Source: Bifidobacteriaceae bacterium
Lineage (GTDB): Bacteria > Actinomycetota > Actinomycetes > Actinomycetales > WQXJ01
Direction of reading: 5' to 3'
Length of the DNA: 41,733 bases
Assembly: GCA_031278075.1 (NCBI GenBank)
Contig: JAITLE010000170.1
Location: 1 to 41,733, forward strand
In this document: piece by piece, positions 30,845 through 39,124 of the stretch
How the letters are laid out: each line of letters starts with the position of its first letter
Numbering within the stretch: the stretch's first letter is position 1
Position numbers and translations under genes: made by a program
The notes under the pieces: model-generated
The model's input: the letters and a program-made list of their open reading frames with translations, nothing else
Databases searched by the model: none
Told to the model about the DNA's origin: nothing

Positions 30845-31087
30845 GGCTTTTTACGCTTGTGAATGTTAGCGTTCACCTAGTACGCTCTGAGGAGCCGCGG
30901 CGCCCCCCGGGCGCGGTTCCGGCGTCAAGAAAGGGCGTGCGCTGTGCGAGTCAAAGGTTTCTTGAGGGGAAGGATGATCGTCGCGGTCAGCGTGTTCACG
31001 CTGCTGTTGGGAGGGGGTTGGCGCGGTCAACGCGCCGTCTGCGGACGCGGCGCCGCCGAACGGCCACACAGCTGGAGTGGCTCTGAC

Positions 31088-31732
31088 ATGTTGATCCCGG
31101 GGCGCCCTGGGCTGCGGAGAGGTTCGTGTGAGCGGCGACTGGGTTCGGGGGGACTCGGGTCGGCTGGTCGGCGTGCGAGCGCGGCACTGTTCGGGTGGGT
31201 GGCTTTGGCCGCGGCGATGTTCGTGGGGGGGTGCTCGGGGGAGCAGCAGGTGGATCCGTTGGATGACGGGATTGTGACTCAGGCGGAGTATGACGCGGCG
31301 GTTGCGGCCACTCAGAGATGCATCGTGGACAAGGGATTCGTCTCTGACGGCTACGGCTGGAGCGGCGACGGTTTGTCCAAGTATTTTGGGGCGAGCGTGC
31401 CGGAGGGCGCGACTTCGGTGACGGAGCAAGACGCGAGCATGGCGCACGCCGAGTGTGCCGCGGAGTATCTGTCTCAGGTTGAGAGGCAGTGGTTGTTGGA
31501 TAATGTGCCTGAGGGCGCCGAGCGTGACGCGATGTGGGAGAGCCTGATCCAGTGTCTGGCTGAGAATGGTTTGCCGGGTTTCACACCTGGCGTCCCGAGC
31601 ATGGAGATCATGAAGGCCTTCGGCGAGATGGCGCAACGACCGGGCTACGATCCCGCGCAGAACCATGCCTTTGAGTGCCTTGACATTCACCGGCTGCTTT
31701 GGCCGGAGGAGATCCCGTTGGAGCCCTACTGA
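31088..31732 (+). CDS. Four-cysteine secreted lipoprotein of unknown function
   Basis: The lipobox is AAMFVGGC, preceded by RRASAALFGWVALA. The start is uncertain (ATG 31088 chosen; the track start 30944 and ATG 30974 are in frame). The mature part has Cys in the contexts QRC, AEC, IQC and FEC. Confidence 0.7.
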   Translation: MLIPGRPGLRRGSCERRLGSGGLGSAGRRASAALFGWVALAAAMFVGGCSGEQQVDPLDDGIVTQAEYDAAVAATQRCIVDKGFVSDGYGWSGDGLSKYFGASVPEGATSVTEQDASMAHAECAAEYLSQVERQWLLDNVPEGAERDAMWESLIQCLAENGLPGFTPGVPSMEIMKAFGEMAQRPGYDPAQNHAFECLDIHRLLWPEEIPLEPY

Positions 31733-31794
31733 TGCCGCGTGGTGGGACGGGTCTCCTCACGGGTGTTAGTGTTCACCGCTAATATTGCGTTAGG

Positions 31795-31926
31795 CAAGTT
31801 GTCGATGGCTTGATCTTTGGGGCGGACTCGCGCGGCGGTCTTGGTCCATTTGAGCGGGTGACAGTCTTTGTTGTGGTGGTCGACGAGCCGCCTGAGCGTC
31901 TGGTTGAGCTGTCGGACGATTTGGGA
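31795..31926 (-). mobile_element. C-terminal remnant of a DDE transposase (IS630-like tail)
   Basis: My own translation gives ISQIVRQLNQTLRRLVDHHNKDCHPLKWTKTAARVRPK. The xxFxWT-type tail is recalled from IS630-family transposases. No N-terminal part is present, and local GC is lower than the surroundings. Confidence 0.45.
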
Positions 31927-31972
31927 TATATCACATAAACGGTGTCCAGCCAGCCAGCATGGCGACGTCGGG

Positions 31973-32071
31973 GCCGACGAGCGCCATCGTCTCTTTGAGG
32001 GTGGCGCCGGCTATCTGGGGCCAGATTAGGGCGGTGTGGCGCAGGTCGTGGAGGCGGAAGCCGGGGCGACC
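31973..32071 (-). mobile_element. Tyrosine recombinase (phage-type integrase) fragment abutting the tmRNA 3' end
   Basis: GRPGFRLHDLRHTALIWPQIAGATLKETMALVG contains the box II HxLRHT motif. The N-terminal roughly 250 aa and the catalytic Tyr region are missing. Confidence 0.6.
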
Positions 32072-32084
32072 CACCCCCGAGATG

Positions 32085-32448
32085 TGGAGCTGGGGGGAAT
32101 TGAACCCCCGTCCGAGAACCAAAGCACAGGTCTTCTCCGGGCGCAGCCAACGAGCGGTTTTCTCAGCCCCGGCGCTGTTGCTGGCGACGCGCCGCCGGGC
32201 TCAGTTGTCTAGAAGTCCCCGTCCGCCGGACAACACAGCGGACGAGCAGTGGGCTGCTTCACGACGCCAAATCCCAAGCCGCAGCCATTCTTGGGTTGAC
32301 GGGCAAACCTCTCGCCTCAGGCGGCGAGGGTGTAGCCGGTGCGGTTAGATTTCGCACTTATTGTTCACGTGGAGCGTTTACGAGATAACCACGTCTCCTC
32401 GGCCCGCTTCTCCTGAGTCGACGATCCCCGTCGAAACCGATCAGCCCC
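32085..32448 (-). ncRNA. ssrA: tmRNA (SsrA)
   Basis: The 5' end is GGGGCTGATCGGTTTCGACGGGG and the 3' end is GGACGGGGGTTCAATTCCCCCCAGCTCCA. The acceptor stem has the G3:U alanine identity pair. The internal tag ORF at 32355..32317, gcg aaa tct aac cgc acc ggc tac acc ctc gcc gcc tga, encodes AKSNRTGYTLAA. Only the first C of the CCA end is encoded. Confidence 0.92.
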
Positions 32449-32492
32449 TCTGTTTAGTTGTTCCGACCAGTGTAACGCCTCCGCCGACCGCG

Positions 32493-33068
32493 CTATTCCC
32501 GCCCGCCGCCGGCGGGCGGCCCATCCCCGGCGGGCAGGGTCTGCCCGGGGTAGACCTCATCTTCGTCGTGCCACACCTCGAGGGTCACGCCCGCGCCGGC
32601 GAACAGGTCCCTCGATTGCTGGGCGGCGTGGTAGCGCCGCAACGCCACGACCCGCTCGACGCCCGCGCTGATCAGCAGCATCGCACAAGTGGCGCACGGC
32701 TCCATGGTGCAATAGCACGTGGTGCCGGCCAGCGGCAGCCCGTACCTGGCGGCCTGGGCCAGGGCGTTCTGCTCAGCGTGGACGGTGCGCACACAATGGG
32801 TCCGCAGCGACCCGTCGTCTTCGACGACCTTGCGCCACAGGTGGCCCGCCTGGTCGCAGTGTTCCAGACCCGGCGGGGAGCCGACATACCCGGAGCAGAT
32901 GATCCGGTGGTCGCGCACCACGATGGCGCCGGAGCGCCCCCTGTCGCACGTCGCCCGGCCGGCCACCAGCGGGACCAATTGGACGAAGTATTCGTCCCAG
33001 CTAGGGCGGCGCCCACCCTGGTCGTTGGTGAGGGGATCGAAAGCGCCGGGAACACTCAAATCTGGCAT
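32493..33068 (-). CDS. Deoxycytidylate (dCMP) deaminase, ComEB-like
   Basis: The zinc motifs HAEQNA and PCATCA are present, and the N-terminus SWDEYFV is typical of dCMP deaminases. Confidence 0.85.
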   Translation of the reverse strand: MPDLSVPGAFDPLTNDQGGRRPSWDEYFVQLVPLVAGRATCDRGRSGAIVVRDHRIICSGYVGSPPGLEHCDQAGHLWRKVVEDDGSLRTHCVRTVHAEQNALAQAARYGLPLAGTTCYCTMEPCATCAMLLISAGVERVVALRRYHAAQQSRDLFAGAGVTLEVWHDEDEVYPGQTLPAGDGPPAGGGRE

Positions 33069-33111
33069 CCCTCGATTATCGCAGCCGCGTCAGCGGCGGC
33101 GACGGCCGACA

Positions 33112-34371
33112 TCAGCGCCCGGGTTCTGGGCGGACCAAGCGGATGTCCCGGCCCGCCGCCCAGGCGCCGATGTCGTCTCGACGCAGAGCGACCGCCATCA
33201 GATCCGGGAACTGATCCGGGGTGCAGGCGAACACCGGCACGCCAAGAGCGGCGACCTTGGCGGCGGTGTCCGCCGAATAACCCGGATTGCCCTGGTCGGT
33301 GAGCGCCACGAGCACCACCACGTTGACACCGACCCGCGTCAACGCCGAGAGACGCCTCAACAGCTGCGTCTCATCGCCGCCCTCGTACAGATCGGTCAAC
33401 AGGATCAGGTGCGCCTTCGTCGGCTGGTCGATCAGCTCCGCGCAGTAGGCCACGGCCTGGTTGATGTCGGTGCCGCCGCCCAACTGGATCCCGAACAGGA
33501 CCTCCACCGGGTCCGCGAGCTGGTCGGTCAAGTCAACCACCGACGTGTCGAAGCACACCAAGTTGGTCGCGACCGCGGGCAGCGCCGCCATCACCGCCGA
33601 GAAAATGGACGCGTAGACGACCGACGAGGCCATCGACCCCGATTGGTCGACGCACATCACAACCCGGTCCAGGTCCGCCGCGCGTTTTTGCCGCCGGGCG
33701 AATCCGACCAGCGTCTCCGGGACCACCGCGGCGTAGGCGGGCTGGTAGTGCCGCAGATTGGCGGTGATTGTCCGATGCCAGTCGATGTCCCTCGGCCTGG
33801 GGCGGCGGGTTCGCCTGGACCTGTCCCGCACGCCACGCACCGCCTCGGCCATTCTCAGCTCGAGGCGTTCCATCAGCGCTTGGACCACATCGGCGACGAC
33901 CGCCCGCGCCGCGTCCTTGGCCTTCGCGGGCATCGCCCGCCCCAGCGCCATCAGATCCGCGACCAGGTTGACGTCGCGCTCCACCGATTCGAGGACCTCA
34001 GGCTGGAGCAGCATCTCAGTCAGGCCGAGCCGGTCGAGCGCGTCGCGTTGCACAACTTGGACGACCCCCCGCGGGAAGAACTCCCGCAGGTCGTCGAGCC
34101 AGGCCGCCAACGCGCGGGGCGACGACTTCCCCAGACCGCCCCGGCGCCGCTTGTCTTGAGGCGCCGCACGATGCCGACCGCCTGGGTCCGCGCCCCCGTC
34201 CGGCGCCTGCCCGTACACCGCGTCCAACGCCGCCGAGAGGCGCCCGTCCCTGGCGTCGAGGCCCTCGCCTAGGCCCAGCGCAAGACTCCACCGCCGTTCG
34301 GCGAGGTCTTTCTCGTCGAGCGCGTCGTCGAGGAACGCGGCGGCCCCGTCCTCGCGTCCAGGATCACACAT
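33112..34371 (-). CDS. vWA-domain protein with a complete MIDAS (last gene of the SWIM/AAA+/vWA operon)
   Basis: ATG at 34371 overlaps the upstream stop (ATGTGTGA). The MIDAS residues are DQSGSM, GGGTDI and LLTDLYEGG. The N-terminal roughly 230 aa are helical and unassigned. Confidence 0.85.
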   Translation of the reverse strand: MCDPGREDGAAAFLDDALDEKDLAERRWSLALGLGEGLDARDGRLSAALDAVYGQAPDGGADPGGRHRAAPQDKRRRGGLGKSSPRALAAWLDDLREFFPRGVVQVVQRDALDRLGLTEMLLQPEVLESVERDVNLVADLMALGRAMPAKAKDAARAVVADVVQALMERLELRMAEAVRGVRDRSRRTRRPRPRDIDWHRTITANLRHYQPAYAAVVPETLVGFARRQKRAADLDRVVMCVDQSGSMASSVVYASIFSAVMAALPAVATNLVCFDTSVVDLTDQLADPVEVLFGIQLGGGTDINQAVAYCAELIDQPTKAHLILLTDLYEGGDETQLLRRLSALTRVGVNVVVLVALTDQGNPGYSADTAAKVAALGVPVFACTPDQFPDLMAVALRRDDIGAWAAGRDIRLVRPEPGR

Positions 34372-36484
34372 GGCGGCCTCGGGCCAGGATCGGCGCCAAC
34401 ACGTCGAAGTGGGCGGCCCACACGGCATCGGGCAAGGTGACAACGCCCGGCAGAGACTTGACCACCTCGCCCAGAGCGGCCTGGCGCAAGCGTTTGCGTT
34501 CCATCGCGTCGAGGTCCGCGAACACCCTCCTCAGCAGCGGCAAGTAGGCCAGGAAGTCAGCGTCTTCGAGCCCACGGATCCAGCGGTCGACCGCCTCACG
34601 CAGCGGCGCGTCGTAGATCAACCGTGCCGCTTGGGTGGAGAAGAACCCCTCGACGAAACGCGCCGCCACCGCGGCGGGCGTTCCCGGGCTGAGGCGACGC
34701 GCCAGCAGGCCGACCGCCGCCTCGGGCGTCAACCGGTCCGCTGTGTAGAGCAGCTGGCCGGCCGCGCCCGCCGCGAAGGCCTCCCCGCCGGCCAAAACCC
34801 CCGCGAGCGCCTCGAACCAAACCCCCCACGTCTCCTCGGCAGGGTCCAACAACTCCAAACCGGCCTGCGCCGACCGCAGCCGGTCCACGAGAGCCGCGGC
34901 GGCGGAATCGTCCAACCCACGTGCGGCGTGCCGCAACCCGAGCGCGGCCTGGACCGCCAAACGCTCCGCCAACGCGGCCAACGGCGTCATGTCCGCCTGG
35001 CGGGCCTGACCATAGCGGGCGATCTCCGCGATGGGCGCCACCGATCCCAACAGCTGACCGACATCGCTGGTCAGGGCCGCTCTCCCCTCCAACAGTCGCA
35101 GGCCGACGGCCCACGCCTCGGGCAGGGACGCGGTCACTGACCGGCTCACCAGGTGAGCGAGCGTCGCCAAGTCCTGCGCCCCGCGCATCGCCTCCTCCAG
35201 GTAGGCGTCGGCGGCCCCGACCAACTCCGACCCATAGATCACGCGTTCGACCAACACCACACTGAACTCAGGGTCCCAGCGCAGCTTCCAGTTCTCACGG
35301 AACGTCCCGCGCGACCCGCCCACCGATTGGGGCTGGCCCCACGGCACCCCGAGCGCGCACAGCCTGTGCAGGAGCAGCGACCGCTCCCGCCCGGCGTCCG
35401 ATCTGAGGTCCAACGTGAGGCTCCGCTCTAGCGCCTCGGGTTTCAGCCGCGTGGCGCGCTGGGCTCTTTGCACGTCCGCGATCAGGGGCGCGGCCGGGCC
35501 GTCCTCGGGCGCCGCGCCGACGTCGCGGCCGAGCAGCAGTTCCGCTTCGATGCTGCGCCACACCAGATCTTCGCCGCCGAACAGGCAAGCCACAGCCGCA
35601 TCCCGCAGCTCCTCGAAGCCAGACCGCGGCCGGCCGCGCAGCGCCGCGAGCGCCAGGGCGAGCCGCTCCGCCTCGATCAGGTCCGCGGTTGAGACGCCGT
35701 GTCCTCTCGTCCGCAACAGGGCCCCGATCCGCGCCAACCACCGGCTGTTCGAGTCCGCACGCCCCCAAGTCCGCCAGATGTGCTGATTCCAGCCCGGCGC
35801 GTCGACGCCAGCGCCGTACCCCGTCCCACTCGCCAGCCGCGCGAGGCTCCACGGCGCCCACGTCGCCTGGATCTTGGCGCGCGGCAGCCCCACCAGCAGG
35901 CGTCGGTCCTCTGTCGCTCGTGTGGGGCCGGTCAGCGCCGGAACGTGCCACGCGCCGCACACCACCGCCACTGGGCCGGCGGCGCCCTTGGCCGCCTGCG
36001 CGATCTTCAGCCGCATATGCGCCTCGCGTTTGGCTTCCCAGGGTTCGGTCGGCTCCAGGCGCCGCAGTTCCGCCATCGCCTCGGCCACCGCCCCAAACAC
36101 GGGCCCCGGGCTGGGGTTCTGCTCCAGCAGGTCGCACCACCAGGACTCCGCGTCCAGGTAGCCGGCCGCCGCCGCCAGCTCTCCCAGGGGGTCGCGCCGC
36201 AGCCGCTCTCCCCGCCGCGCGTCTCCGTCCTCCGCCGCGTCGTCACCGCGACCAGCGGCGGCGGGCAGGTCGATGAATTCGGCGGCCGCGTCGTGGCGAA
36301 GCGCCCAGAGCGCCGCCTGATACTCCGGCGAGAACTCGGCGAACGGCCAAAACGCGGCGTTCGCCGGATCGCCCTTCGGATAGGCGAGCAAGGCGATCGG
36401 CGGCCGCATGCCGGGCGCGGCGAGCTGCGCGATCAGGTGTGTCGCGTCGGCTGGACCCTCGATCAGGACCACGGCGGGGGCCAA
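34364..36484 (-). CDS. Large uncharacterised protein (DUF5682-like, by recollection); the ancestral start is apparently at 36559, interrupted by TAG at 36547..36545
   Basis: The track ORF starts at TTG 36484. The same frame continues upstream as FPIRHHGPGSAASLSRALDE back to a TAG that is preceded by ATG ACA GTC CAC. That ATG (36559) lies 4 nt after the AAA+ stop. Confidence 0.75.
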   Translation of the reverse strand: MAPAVVLIEGPADATHLIAQLAAPGMRPPIALLAYPKGDPANAAFWPFAEFSPEYQAALWALRHDAAAEFIDLPAAAGRGDDAAEDGDARRGERLRRDPLGELAAAAGYLDAESWWCDLLEQNPSPGPVFGAVAEAMAELRRLEPTEPWEAKREAHMRLKIAQAAKGAAGPVAVVCGAWHVPALTGPTRATEDRRLLVGLPRAKIQATWAPWSLARLASGTGYGAGVDAPGWNQHIWRTWGRADSNSRWLARIGALLRTRGHGVSTADLIEAERLALALAALRGRPRSGFEELRDAAVACLFGGEDLVWRSIEAELLLGRDVGAAPEDGPAAPLIADVQRAQRATRLKPEALERSLTLDLRSDAGRERSLLLHRLCALGVPWGQPQSVGGSRGTFRENWKLRWDPEFSVVLVERVIYGSELVGAADAYLEEAMRGAQDLATLAHLVSRSVTASLPEAWAVGLRLLEGRAALTSDVGQLLGSVAPIAEIARYGQARQADMTPLAALAERLAVQAALGLRHAARGLDDSAAAALVDRLRSAQAGLELLDPAEETWGVWFEALAGVLAGGEAFAAGAAGQLLYTADRLTPEAAVGLLARRLSPGTPAAVAARFVEGFFSTQAARLIYDAPLREAVDRWIRGLEDADFLAYLPLLRRVFADLDAMERKRLRQAALGEVVKSLPGVVTLPDAVWAAHFDVLAPILARGRHV

Positions 36485-36563
36485 CTCGTCCAGGGCGCGC
36501 GACAGGCTAGCCGCCGAGCCCGGCCCGTGGTGGCGGATCGGGAACTAGTGGACTGTCATCGGC

Positions 36564-37643
36564 TCACAGCGCCTCCCCAAGTTCGGCGTAGTACTGCGCG
36601 TAGCCGCGGCGTCTCTTCAGCACCGTCTCGAGGTATTCGGCGAGGACGGCCTTGTCTTGGACCGGGTCTTTGACGATCGCCCCGACCATCGGGGCGGCGA
36701 GTTCCCGCGCGCCGAGCTGGCCGTCTGCGAACCAGGCGGCCTGTGACAGGCCGCCGACCAGCGTGCCGATCGCCTCAGCGGTGGACAGCGTGCCGGACGG
36801 GGTCTTGAGGGTGACCTTGTTGTCCGCGGTCACACCGGACCTGAGTTCGCGGAACACGGTCAAGACGGCCTTGATCTGTTCGTCCACACCGCGCGGCACC
36901 GGCAAGGCGAGGTCGTCGGCGAGTTCGCGGACGCGGCGGCGGACGATCGACACCTCCTCCTCGAGCGTCGCCGGCAGCGGGAGCACCACCACGTTGAAGC
37001 GGCGTTTCAGCGCGGACGAGAGCTCGTTGACGCCCTTGTCACGGCTGTTCGCGGTCGCTATCACGTTGAAGCCACGCCTCGCGGGCAGAGCGGTCGCCAG
37101 CTCGGGGATCGGCAGCACCTTCTCGCTGAGCACCGTGATCAGGGTGTCCTGCACATCCGATCCGAGACGGGTGAACTCCTCTAGGCGGCAGAGCGCTCCC
37201 TCGCGCATGGCGCGCATCAGGGGCGTGGCGACAAGGGCCGCCTCACTCGGGCCGTGGGCGAGCAACTCGGCGTAGTTCCAGCCGTAACGGATCTGGGTCT
37301 CGTCGGTGCCGGCGGTGCATTGGATCAGCAATGTCGAATCACCGGCGATCGCGGCGGCCAGGTGTTCGGAGACCCACGATTTGGCGGTGCCCGGGACACC
37401 CATCAGCAGCAGCGCGCGGTCGGTGGCGAGGGTCGCGACGGCCGTCTCGATCAGTCGCCGCTGGCCGACGTATTTCGGTGTGATCGCGGTCCCGCCTGGA
37501 GCGGCGCCGCCCATCAGGTAGGTCAGGACCGCCTTCGGGGTGAGCTTCCAGCCGACCGGCCTGGGGCCATCGTCGGCCGCGCTGAGGGCCGCGAGTTCTG
37601 CGGCATAGCTTTGTTCGGCGCTGAGGCGGAGCACATCGGTCAT
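36564..37643 (-). CDS. MoxR/AAA_5-type AAA+ ATPase
   Basis: Walker A is GVPGTAKS, the Walker B region is LCRLEEF, sensor 1 is VIATANSRD and the Arg motif is SALKRRF. There is an ATGA overlap with the upstream gene. Confidence 0.9.
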   Translation of the reverse strand: MTDVLRLSAEQSYAAELAALSAADDGPRPVGWKLTPKAVLTYLMGGAAPGGTAITPKYVGQRRLIETAVATLATDRALLLMGVPGTAKSWVSEHLAAAIAGDSTLLIQCTAGTDETQIRYGWNYAELLAHGPSEAALVATPLMRAMREGALCRLEEFTRLGSDVQDTLITVLSEKVLPIPELATALPARRGFNVIATANSRDKGVNELSSALKRRFNVVVLPLPATLEEEVSIVRRRVRELADDLALPVPRGVDEQIKAVLTVFRELRSGVTADNKVTLKTPSGTLSTAEAIGTLVGGLSQAAWFADGQLGARELAAPMVGAIVKDPVQDKAVLAEYLETVLKRRRGYAQYYAELGEAL

Positions 37644-39124
37644 GGTTCGATTCCTTCTTTGGCAGGGTCTGACAGGCGGGCGTTCAGAGTCAGCGCGGCG
37701 AGGGCTGGCGTCGACGATGGGACGCCGAGGTACTCGAGGTGGCCCAACACGCCGTGGGCGGCGTTAGGGGTCATCATGGTGGCGAGGGCGGCCAAGCGGC
37801 GCGGCCCGGTGGCGGCTTCGCCGGCGTGGCCGGTGACCAGATCCTCGACCAGTGCGGCCGTCGGCATGAACGGCCCGACATCCATAGAGCCGATCAGGTC
37901 CAGGTCTACCGCGGCCGCGATGGCCTCAAGGGCATCGGGGCCGTCTTGCCGGGAAGCTTTGAGGAGCGCCAACACGACAGGCGCCGCGCTCTTGAGGCTG
38001 AGGCGGGCCAGAAGCGAACGGGCCGCCGCGTGCGACTCCTTCGAACGGGCGAGCTTCGCCGCCAGCGCCTCCACCTGCGCGTCGGAGCCGGAGCGGGCCA
38101 CCAGCTCGGCGAACGCCTCGGCGGACGGGAGCGAGTCCCGCTCGGCGGCGCCCCAGGCCTTCACCAGCTGATCCGGCTCGAGCCCGAGAGCGGCGGCCAA
38201 CTCCGGCAGCACGAGATCGGCGAATAGCCGGTCGCGGCGCGCCGCCGACTGGCCCTTGGCCAACCGAGCGGCCTTCACCGTCCGGCCCCTGCGAAGAAGG
38301 CCTTCGGATTCGAGGGTGAAATAGGTCGCGAGCTCTTCGGCCGCAGGGGATGTGTCCGCCACGCCCAGCCGCCCTAGCAGGGCTTTCGCTGTGGCTCTGA
38401 CCGGCTGGGCGCGATCCGCCAGCAGCTCGGTGAGGAGTTCGGCGTCATCCGTGGTCAGGCCATGTGCGACTGTCTCCACGAGCGCCGCCCGGCCGGCCGC
38501 CGGGAGGTGGGCCAGCTGCTCACGGAGCCTCGTGCGCGAGGCTTGCGGGTCGCTCAGCCGCAGGCGCCGCATGGCGGCCGCGCGCTCCGCTGGCCGCATC
38601 TGCCGCCAGTCCTCGCTGGTCGCGGCCGCGTCGACGGGCACGGCAGGGGGCCCGGACGCGGCGGCCTCGGGCCCCGGCGCGGCGGCTCGCGCCGGCTCGG
38701 CAGCCGTCTGGGACCAGGCGATCCAAGGAGCGTAAAGCGCGGGGACGCCGGCATCATCCTGGCCGGGGAACCAATCCGCCGGGTGCACGGCGAAGCCGCG
38801 CCGCGCGACCAACCTGATCACGGCCTCCCGGCTGGGCCCGAAGGCCAACGCGGCGCGCAGGGTCCCCCGCAGCTCCTGCGGCGCCTGCGGCACAGCCAAG
38901 CGGGGCAACGGCGGCCGCTGGACCGCGTCGGAAGGCAGGCCAGGGCGCAGCGCCACGGTGTCGAATTGGGCCGCGAGGGCCGCGAGCGCCCGCTCTTGGG
39001 CCGCTGGCTCCCCTGCGGCCACCAGTTCAGACCAGGCCGCCGGCGCCAGCCGCCGCGCCTCGCCGCCGACCACCCAGCATTCCATCATGGCGGCGTACGC
39101 GCTGGTCAAAGACTGGCCGGTCAC
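37640..39124 (-). CDS. Ala/Leu-rich helical protein of unknown function (DUF5691-like, by recollection)
   Basis: GTG at 39124 forms a GTGA overlap with the SWIM gene stop. It is codon 97 of track ORF 37640..39412. I recognise no catalytic motif. Confidence 0.7.
   Translation of the reverse strand: MTGQSLTSAYAAMMECWVVGGEARRLAPAAWSELVAAGEPAAQERALAALAAQFDTVALRPGLPSDAVQRPPLPRLAVPQAPQELRGTLRAALAFGPSREAVIRLVARRGFAVHPADWFPGQDDAGVPALYAPWIAWSQTAAEPARAAAPGPEAAASGPPAVPVDAAATSEDWRQMRPAERAAAMRRLRLSDPQASRTRLREQLAHLPAAGRAALVETVAHGLTTDDAELLTELLADRAQPVRATAKALLGRLGVADTSPAAEELATYFTLESEGLLRRGRTVKAARLAKGQSAARRDRLFADLVLPELAAALGLEPDQLVKAWGAAERDSLPSAEAFAELVARSGSDAQVEALAAKLARSKESHAAARSLLARLSLKSAAPVVLALLKASRQDGPDALEAIAAAVDLDLIGSMDVGPFMPTAALVEDLVTGHAGEAATGPRRLAALATMMTPNAAHGVLGHLEYLGVPSSTPALAALTLNARLSDPAKEGIEP

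Noticed and set aside
30864-30877. TGTTAGCGTTCACC (with its partner at 31764-31777) considered as an IS terminal inverted repeat or a GTTCACC PHO-box
   Set aside because: Both copies are most simply the diverged tail of the lipoprotein-locus duplication. There is only one GTTCACC unit per site and no inverted partner bounding an element.
24000-32084. A distal attachment-site repeat of the tmRNA 3' end that would delimit a complete ssrA island
   Set aside because: I could not find a second copy of the terminal tmRNA sequence by eye anywhere in the window. The island boundary therefore stays undefined, and no intact island is claimed.
36564-37643. The Glu-Glu Walker B (LCRLEE) as evidence that the AAA+ ATPase is catalytically dead
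   Set aside because: Without an alignment I cannot be sure which residues correspond to the Walker B acidic pair. Glu can substitute for Asp, and the other ATPase motifs are intact.
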